A stretch of DNA of 55,418 nucleotides from NCBI GenBank assembly GCA_046565865.1, contig JBKHXU010000025.1, positions 1 to 55,418 of the forward strand, given 5' to 3'. Shown one piece after another: positions 49,446-55,418 of the stretch. Each line of letters opens with the position of its first letter. Positions within the stretch are counted from its first letter, which is position 1. Position numbers and translations under genes: made by a program. This DNA is from Gammaproteobacteria bacterium. Lineage in GTDB: Bacteria > Pseudomonadota > Gammaproteobacteria > Acidiferrobacterales > Sulfurifustaceae. The notes under the pieces are model-generated. The model saw only the letters and a program-made list of their open reading frames with translations, searched no databases and was not told the origin of the DNA.

Positions 49446-52412
49446 CTACAGCGGGCACATCTGCGGCTGGCCGGCGTTTTCGGCGATCGCTTTACACGGC
49501 AGCGACACGTCCGGTCGGCCGAGGTGATAGCCTTGCGCGTAGTCGACGCCGAACTGCACCAACAGCTGGAACGACGCCTCGTTCTCCACGAACTCCGCCA
49601 CGGTTTTTTTACCGAGCGCGTGGGCGATGTCGTTCATGGCGCGTACCATCGCTTGATCGACCGAACTGGTCGCCAGGTTCTTCACGAAGCGGCCGTCGAT
49701 CTTCACCTCGTCCACCGGCAGATCTTTTAAGTAGGCGAACGACGACATGCCGGAACCGAAGTCGTCGAGTGCCGTGCGGCACCCCATTTCGCGCAGGCGG
49801 CTCAGAAACAACTGCGCGGCGGCCATGTCGGCGATGGCGACGGTCTCGGTGACCTCAAACGTCAACGCCGAGGGCTCCAGGCCCGTTTGCCACAGTTTCT
49901 GTTGAATCAGGTCGCACACGCTGAGCTGAGTGAGCGTTTGACCCGACAGGTTCACGGCGTAGCGCAGATTCGGCAACGTCTGCCGTTGTTGCTTCAAGGT
50001 CTCGATGGCGTTGATCACTACCCAGCGGTCGATGTCCACCGACAGCCCGAAGCGTTCCGCGGACGGTAGAAAGCCGGACGGCATGATGAGTTGATCGGTT
50101 TCATCGAGCATGCGGATCAGCACCTCGTATGCCTCGACGTCGCGATTGCGGGTATTGACGATCGGCTGACACGCGAGCGCGAAGCGATTGTTCTCGAGCG
50201 CGTGCTTGATGCGCCGCGACCAGCCCATGTCGACCGTCATCGCGGCCACGCTGTCGGCGTCGGTCGCTTGGAACCGATGCACCTGGTTGCGGCCGTTGCG
50301 CTTGGCCAGATGGCAGGCGATGTCGGCCTGCGACAGCGCCTCTTCCGCGGACGTCGTTTGCTGGCCGATCGCAGCAACGCCGATGGAGCAGCCGATGTCG
50401 ACCTGGCCGCCTTCGTGTCGAAAGCCGTATCCCGCAAGCTTCTTGCGAAACGATTCGGCCGCCTGCGCCGCCAACTCCGGCGTGGTGTCGTACAGCAATA
50501 CCGTGAATTCGTCGCCGCCGAAGCGCGCGATCAGATCGCTCTTGCGCGCGCGCTTGTGCAGAATACCGGCCACCTCCATCAGCAACCGGTCGCCCGCGGC
50601 ATGGCCCAGGGTGTCGTTCACGTACTTGAAATTGTCGAGATCGATATAGAGCAGGGCGCAGCTCAGGTTGCCGTTGCGGCGCGCGCGCTCGACCACGCGC
50701 TCGAGTTCCTGCTGGAAGTATGTACGGTTGTAGAGGCCGGTCAGACCGTCGTGTTCGGCCATGGCCTTCAGGTGCTCGACCATCGCCTTGCGTTCACTGA
50801 TGTCGGCGACCAGCCCGGTGTACAGCGATTGGCCTTCGAGCGCGATCTTGCTGATCTTGAGCGCCATGGCGAACGTGGTGCCGTCCTTATGGCGTCCGAT
50901 AACTTCCCCTTCGTGACCGATTAGTCGCTGGATCTCGGTGCGCATGAAGTGGCGCGCGTAGTCGTTGCGTTTCTCGCCGTTGATCGGCACGATCAAGAGC
51001 CCGATATCCTTACCCACGATCTCGCGTTCGCTGAAACCAAACAGGCGCTCGGCCGCCTTGTTGAAGCGCTCGATGACGCCGTTGGCGTCGAAGGTGACGA
51101 TGCCCTCGGCGGCGTTGTCGAGAATGGTTTCGAGCCGCTGTTGGCGCGAACGCACCTGCTCGCGCATGTGCGCGAACGCCGCCACCAGGTCCTGCGTTTC
51201 GCTGGTGGCGGCCTGGGGCAATGTCACGTTCGCGTCGCCCGCGGCCTCGGCGCGCAGTGCCGCGGCGAGAACACCGACCGGACGGCGCACGCTGTATTCG
51301 AACCCAAGGAAGCCGATGACGCTGACGACGACGGCCAGCGCGGTCAACAGCCAAATCGCGTGCGACAGTTGGCCGGCGATAGCGCGCAGCGCCGTCACGT
51401 CGCTCGCCGAGTAGCTCTCGATCTCGGCCTCGAGCGCGCGCAGACTAGACCACACCTGCTGTGACAACGGCTGGATCGTGTCGCGCAACAACGGCGTGTC
51501 GGCGCGCCAGCGCTCGGAGGTGTAAATCGCCTCGACGTCCTTGTAGACGCGCAGCCAGTCGCGATGCGACTGCTGCATGACGCGCAGCGATTCCGACCCC
51601 TGCAAGCCGAGCGCGCCGCGGCGTTCGAATTCCGCGAGCGCCTTCAGTGCACGATTGACACCATCGGCGTACAGCGCCATGTTCTCGGCTTGGGCGCGCA
51701 TGGCCTGGTAGGGTTCGCCGAAAATGCCGAAGCGGTTGGCGACCCAGAGCCGGAACGCGCCGACCATTTGTGTCGACTGATACCGCGCCTCGGCGAACGC
51801 GCGATATATCTCCGCCTGCTCCGATGTGACGGGACCGTCGAACGCCTCGTCCATGGCAAGCGAGGCCGCGGTATTGAAGCGCGACTGCGCGGGCAGCATG
51901 CGATCCAGCATCACCGGCATCGCCGGAAACAACTGTTCCGGCGTCGTCCGCATCACGGTCAGGCGCTGGATGTGCGCTTGCAGTTGCGCGACTTCATCGC
52001 GCAGACGCGAAACCAGGATGTGCGCGCTCTCGGTTTGGTGCACCCAGGGATTTTCGGCCAATGTAACCGTGGTCGTTGCTACGCGCTTGAGGTCGGCCTC
52101 GAGCCGCGCGCGTTCTTGTCGGTTCGGGGTCAACAGAAAATCGTTTAGCGAACTCTCGGCGCGCCAGATGTCGTCGGTGAACTGGCGCAAGGTCTGACGG
52201 ATCGCCATTCGTTCGAGCGCATTGGCGTCGTGCTGGGTCGACCCCTCGCGCACCTGGCGGTCCGCGACCCACGCCGCGGCCGACAGCAATGTGGTGAACG
52301 CCAAGGTGGCATAAAGATAGCGCCCACGCAGGCTGCTCCAACCGATGCGGTCGGCGAACGTCCGGCGGCGAACCGGGTCCGAGCGCGACGCGGCCTTGTG
52401 ACCGATATTCAT
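49446..52412 (-). CDS. membrane sensor diguanylate cyclase/phosphodiesterase (periplasmic domain-HAMP-PAS-GGDEF-EAL)
   Basis: Two TM segments flanking a ~340 aa region, PAS (ILDNAAEGIVTFD), RKSD-x5-GGDEF, EAL-domain motifs EVLIRM and DDFGSG. ATG 52412 chosen; the ORF opens at 52526. Confidence 0.85.
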   Translation of the reverse strand: MNIGHKAASRSDPVRRRTFADRIGWSSLRGRYLYATLAFTTLLSAAAWVADRQVREGSTQHDANALERMAIRQTLRQFTDDIWRAESSLNDFLLTPNRQERARLEADLKRVATTTVTLAENPWVHQTESAHILVSRLRDEVAQLQAHIQRLTVMRTTPEQLFPAMPVMLDRMLPAQSRFNTAASLAMDEAFDGPVTSEQAEIYRAFAEARYQSTQMVGAFRLWVANRFGIFGEPYQAMRAQAENMALYADGVNRALKALAEFERRGALGLQGSESLRVMQQSHRDWLRVYKDVEAIYTSERWRADTPLLRDTIQPLSQQVWSSLRALEAEIESYSASDVTALRAIAGQLSHAIWLLTALAVVVSVIGFLGFEYSVRRPVGVLAAALRAEAAGDANVTLPQAATSETQDLVAAFAHMREQVRSRQQRLETILDNAAEGIVTFDANGVIERFNKAAERLFGFSEREIVGKDIGLLIVPINGEKRNDYARHFMRTEIQRLIGHEGEVIGRHKDGTTFAMALKISKIALEGQSLYTGLVADISERKAMVEHLKAMAEHDGLTGLYNRTYFQQELERVVERARRNGNLSCALLYIDLDNFKYVNDTLGHAAGDRLLMEVAGILHKRARKSDLIARFGGDEFTVLLYDTTPELAAQAAESFRKKLAGYGFRHEGGQVDIGCSIGVAAIGQQTTSAEEALSQADIACHLAKRNGRNQVHRFQATDADSVAAMTVDMGWSRRIKHALENNRFALACQPIVNTRNRDVEAYEVLIRMLDETDQLIMPSGFLPSAERFGLSVDIDRWVVINAIETLKQQRQTLPNLRYAVNLSGQTLTQLSVCDLIQQKLWQTGLEPSALTFEVTETVAIADMAAAQLFLSRLREMGCRTALDDFGSGMSSFAYLKDLPVDEVKIDGRFVKNLATSSVDQAMVRAMNDIAHALGKKTVAEFVENEASFQLLVQFGVDYAQGYHLGRPDVSLPCKAIAENAGQPQMCPL

Positions 52413-52658
52413 CGAGATAACACAGCCTCTTATACCCGCTGATTCGACTATAGTGCATAAACCGTACCGCCCGTTTGGGGCACAGTCCGGTTTGTCGCAG
52501 CAACCGATTGTTCGTGAACGAAACACTGACCGGCGGCGTAACCCGGCGCATGGCCGGTTGCGGCGGCTGGCCGCGGCGATGGCGCCCCAGTATCATCCGT
52601 GCCGGATCGAGCAGGGTGCCCCTCCGGGCGCTCGCCTAAGCATTCCATGAGGATTTCA

Positions 52659-53396
52659 ATGCGTAAGCTGCTTCTTGCTATTTTTACGACCGGCTGGGCG
52701 TCGACCCCGGCCCTGGCCGCGGCCCCGGACGCCGCTTTGAAGGAACAGATCGAACGGGCATTGCCCAATACCACCGTCCATGCCGTGCGGCCGACGGCGA
52801 TCGCCGGCTTCTACGAGGTCGAAGTCGAGAATCAGCTGGTATATGTCAGCGCCGACGGCAAGTACCTGCTGCTCGGGGACGTGGTTGATCTCGGTACTCG
52901 CACCAATCTCACCGAGGCCTGGCGCGAAAAGACCGCGAGTCGGCTGCTCGATGAGATGGGCGATAAACAGATGATCGTGATGGGGCCGACCAAGCCAAAG
53001 CGGACCATCACCGTGTTCACCGACGTCGATTGTCCGTACTGCGCCAAGCTGCACCGCGAGGTGCCGCAGCTTACCAAGCAGGGCGTGAAGGTGCGTTATC
53101 TGTTGTTCCCGCGCGGCGGGGTCGGCTCCGAGACCTATCGGCGCTCGGTCGCGGTTTGGTGTGCGGCCGATCGCGTGAAGGCGGTCGGCATCGCCAAGGA
53201 GCGCGGCAAGCTCGATATGAAGACTTGCGACAATCCCGTCGACGCGCACTACAAGCTCGGTGAGCGCCTGGGCGTGGGCGGAACGCCGACGATCTATCTC
53301 GACGACGGTAAGAAACTGGGCGGGTATGTCCCCGCGCCGCAGCTACTCGCTATACTGGGGCTAAGTAACACGCCCGCGGTATCGCATGCCCGTTAA
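52659..53396 (+). CDS. dsbC: thiol:disulfide interchange protein DsbC
   Basis: GAGGA 5 nt before ATG 52659. Signal peptide, N-terminal dimerisation domain (FYEV...VYVSADGKYLL.G), thioredoxin CPYC motif (FTDVDCPYCAKLH). Confidence 0.85.
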   Translation: MRKLLLAIFTTGWASTPALAAAPDAALKEQIERALPNTTVHAVRPTAIAGFYEVEVENQLVYVSADGKYLLLGDVVDLGTRTNLTEAWREKTASRLLDEMGDKQMIVMGPTKPKRTITVFTDVDCPYCAKLHREVPQLTKQGVKVRYLLFPRGGVGSETYRRSVAVWCAADRVKAVGIAKERGKLDMKTCDNPVDAHYKLGERLGVGGTPTIYLDDGKKLGGYVPAPQLLAILGLSNTPAVSHAR

Positions 53397-54546
53397 ACGG
53401 GGATCCCGATTTAGCGATTCATCCGCCGTATCGCCCGGCCTAGAACCCGTGCTGCACAGCGCGCGGGATACCGGGCACGATCTCGACCGGCTCAAGCGCC
53501 AGTTGCGCGACAACGAGCGTATCTGGGCCGGTTTTCGCCGCATCGAAATTCAAATGATTGGGGCGCAGACGCTGCGTGAGTTGATCGGCGTGCTGACGAC
53601 TGAATTCCCGCGTACGTTTCCGCGCGTCGATTGTGTGACGCTTGCTTGCTTCGACCCCGAGTACGAATTGACGCGCATGCTGGACGCCGCGCCGGGCGAG
53701 GGCGCGAGCCCGGACACGACCGTCGTCAGCCGCTTCACCACAGTCTCGTACGACTCCTTGATGCGCCTGTTTCCGGCACACAAACCCGTGCTCGGCCCGT
53801 GTCGCGACGAGTTGCGTGCGCTGCTGTTCGCCGGCTATCGCGGACCGCTGGCGTCGGTGGCGCTGGCGCCATTGGTGCTGCGCAACCAGCTCATCGGCGC
53901 ACTGAATCAGGGCAGCCGCGACATCGCGCATTTCGCGCCGGACACGGCCACGGATTTGCTCGAACACCTGGCGGCGGTCGCGGCGATGTGTATCGACAAC
54001 GTCGTGAATCGCGAACGGTTGCGGCTGTACGGCCTCATGGACCCGCTCACCGGCATCGCCAATCGGCGCTTCTTCGAGCGCCGCTTGGGGGAGGAGATCG
54101 AACGCTGGTTCCGGCGCGTCGAGCCGCTGACGTGCATGCTGGTCGACGTCGACCATTTCAAGGCGGTCAACGACCGATACGGGCATCAAATCGGCGACCG
54201 CGTGTTGCAGGAGGTCGCCGCGCTGCTCGGGCGCGACCTGCGCGCGGCGGATATGCTCGCCCGCTACGGCGGCGAGGAATTCGTGCTGCTATTGCCGAAC
54301 GCCACCGCCGCGCAGGCGACGACGATCGCCCAGCGCATCTGCGCGCATGTCGCACGCCACCGTTTTCGCGACGGCGATCCCTCGCTCGCCGTGACCGTCA
54401 GCATCGGCGTCGCCTGTCTCGATGCCGACAGCGAGCTCGATGGCGACGCCCCCGGCATCTGGTTGCTGCAACAGGCGGATGCGGCGCTCTATCGCGCCAA
54501 GCAGGAAGGGCGCAATCGTGTGATCTTGGCGGCGCGGCCGCGCTAG
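53386..54546 (+). CDS. GAF/DUF484-like sensor diguanylate cyclase (GGDEF)
   Basis: C-terminal GGDEF domain with RAAD-x5-GGEEF (I-site plus active site). N-terminal ~190 aa resembles the coiled-coil + GAF-like DUF484 architecture. ATG 53386 overlaps the end of dsbC by 11 nt. Confidence 0.8.
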   Translation: MPVKRGSRFSDSSAVSPGLEPVLHSARDTGHDLDRLKRQLRDNERIWAGFRRIEIQMIGAQTLRELIGVLTTEFPRTFPRVDCVTLACFDPEYELTRMLDAAPGEGASPDTTVVSRFTTVSYDSLMRLFPAHKPVLGPCRDELRALLFAGYRGPLASVALAPLVLRNQLIGALNQGSRDIAHFAPDTATDLLEHLAAVAAMCIDNVVNRERLRLYGLMDPLTGIANRRFFERRLGEEIERWFRRVEPLTCMLVDVDHFKAVNDRYGHQIGDRVLQEVAALLGRDLRAADMLARYGGEEFVLLLPNATAAQATTIAQRICAHVARHRFRDGDPSLAVTVSIGVACLDADSELDGDAPGIWLLQQADAALYRAKQEGRNRVILAARPR

Positions 54547-54571
54547 CAGTTGAGCGCGATGCGCCGCGCTG

Positions 54572-55418
54572 CTAATCCAACTCCACCGCCTCGCGACAAG
54601 CGGTAAAAATCACGAACGGGCGCACGCGCTTGCCCGGCCACAATCGTCTGACTCCCTCGGCGTACAACGCAAGCTGCGGCCGATAGCGGCTTGCGACGCT
54701 CGCGACCTCCGCGCGCGTAATGTGATGTGTCTTGTAGTCCAACAGGAGTATTTCGTCGTTGTGCCACACCAGGCGATCGATGATGCCGTACACGGTCTGG
54801 TCCGCGCGCGCGTACAGGATCGGCGTTTCGTTGCGCGCCTGTTGGTACGCCGCGGCATCGAAGAACGGCCGGAACGCGGAGTGCTCCAGCACCGCGCGCG
54901 CCTCGACCCAGTACGCCTCGAACTCGTCTTCACTGACTTGACCGCTCCATTCGCGCCACAGTTCGGCGCGCACGGCGGAAGCGGGTAGCTGACTGTCGGC
55001 ACTGGCTCGTTCCAGGGCACGGTGGATGATGGCGCCGCGGCGGGCGGCGGTGGAGCGCATTGCCTCGGCCTCGACGTCCGCCGGTTCGGCCTCGGGGTCG
55101 TTCTGGCGGCTCGGCGGAATAAAGGCCGGGTGGGGGGCCGTTGCGGCGAGCGGTCGGGTGAGCGCGGGGTCGATCGTCGCATCCGGTTCCGGCGTGGCCG
55201 CACGCGGCACCGGTGATGGGAGCGGCGTGCCGTGCTCCAGGCGACCGACGATATTGATTGTGGTGCCGGCGTCGTCCTTGATCTCTTCCAACGTCAACGC
55301 GGTGCCGAACGGCCGGCGGTCGCGCGCCGCCGCGAGCCGTGACTCGATAAAGCCGTACCAGCCACGCTGAAACCGATCGCCGTTGGCGCGCCCGGATTCA
55401 CAGCCGGAGATGTATAGC
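54572..55418 (-). CDS. C-terminal fragment of an AddA/RecB-type helicase-nuclease (PD-(D/E)XK domain), truncated by the window edge
   Basis: GIIDRLV...ILLLDYKT...QLALYA nuclease motifs at the C-terminus. The frame stays open to position 55417. Pro/Ala/Glu-rich linker upstream of the nuclease domain. Confidence 0.6.
   Translation of the reverse strand, partial: LYISGCESGRANGDRFQRGWYGFIESRLAAARDRRPFGTALTLEEIKDDAGTTINIVGRLEHGTPLPSPVPRAATPEPDATIDPALTRPLAATAPHPAFIPPSRQNDPEAEPADVEAEAMRSTAARRGAIIHRALERASADSQLPASAVRAELWREWSGQVSEDEFEAYWVEARAVLEHSAFRPFFDAAAYQQARNETPILYARADQTVYGIIDRLVWHNDEILLLDYKTHHITRAEVASVASRYRPQLALYAEGVRRLWPGKRVRPFVIFTACREAVELD

Overview
Visibly GC-rich proteobacterial chromosomal window. 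The gene order pncC ... recA-recX-alaS-lysC-csrA-tRNA-Ser-tRNA-Arg is the arrangement I know from Gammaproteobacteria. I support about 45 protein genes, 2 tRNAs, several hairpin terminators and a small dispersed palindromic repeat family. Left third (1-14.3 kb): assorted secreted, membrane and stress genes (spondin_N-like, cupin, MEDS protein + GAF hybrid histidine kinase, YdjM-like, FAD oxidoreductase, DUF411/CopG-like, GlcG-like, FxsA, DinG/YoaA-type helicase). Middle (14.3-30.3 kb): tamB-tamA, pgpA, TauE-like permease, Sel1-repeat protein, pncC, an ispG interrupted by an in-frame TAA, and the recA-to-tRNA block. Right part (31.9-48.5 kb): a contiguous alpha-glucan/trehalose supercluster, glgB-glgE-treS/pep2-glgX-treZ-malQ/treY, with two fusion genes. 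It is followed by a secreted dienelactone-hydrolase-like gene, a large GGDEF-EAL sensor, dsbC overlapping a GAF-like GGDEF gene, and a truncated RecB-type nuclease gene at the window edge. I found no CRISPR array, integrase, transposase or recognisable defence, toxin or secretion island. The best candidate for something undescribed is a tandem triplet of mutually homologous ~100 aa genes of no family I can name (30638-31632), lying between the tRNA pair and glgB in a locally more AT-rich stretch. Other points worth checking: the ispG nonsense codon, recX with no canonical start codon, a GTGA relic at the malQ-treY fusion junction, palindromic repeats bracketing the helicase gene, and an anti-SD/duplicated-SD hairpin in front of treS. 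All family assignments come from motif recognition by eye and memory, not from searches.
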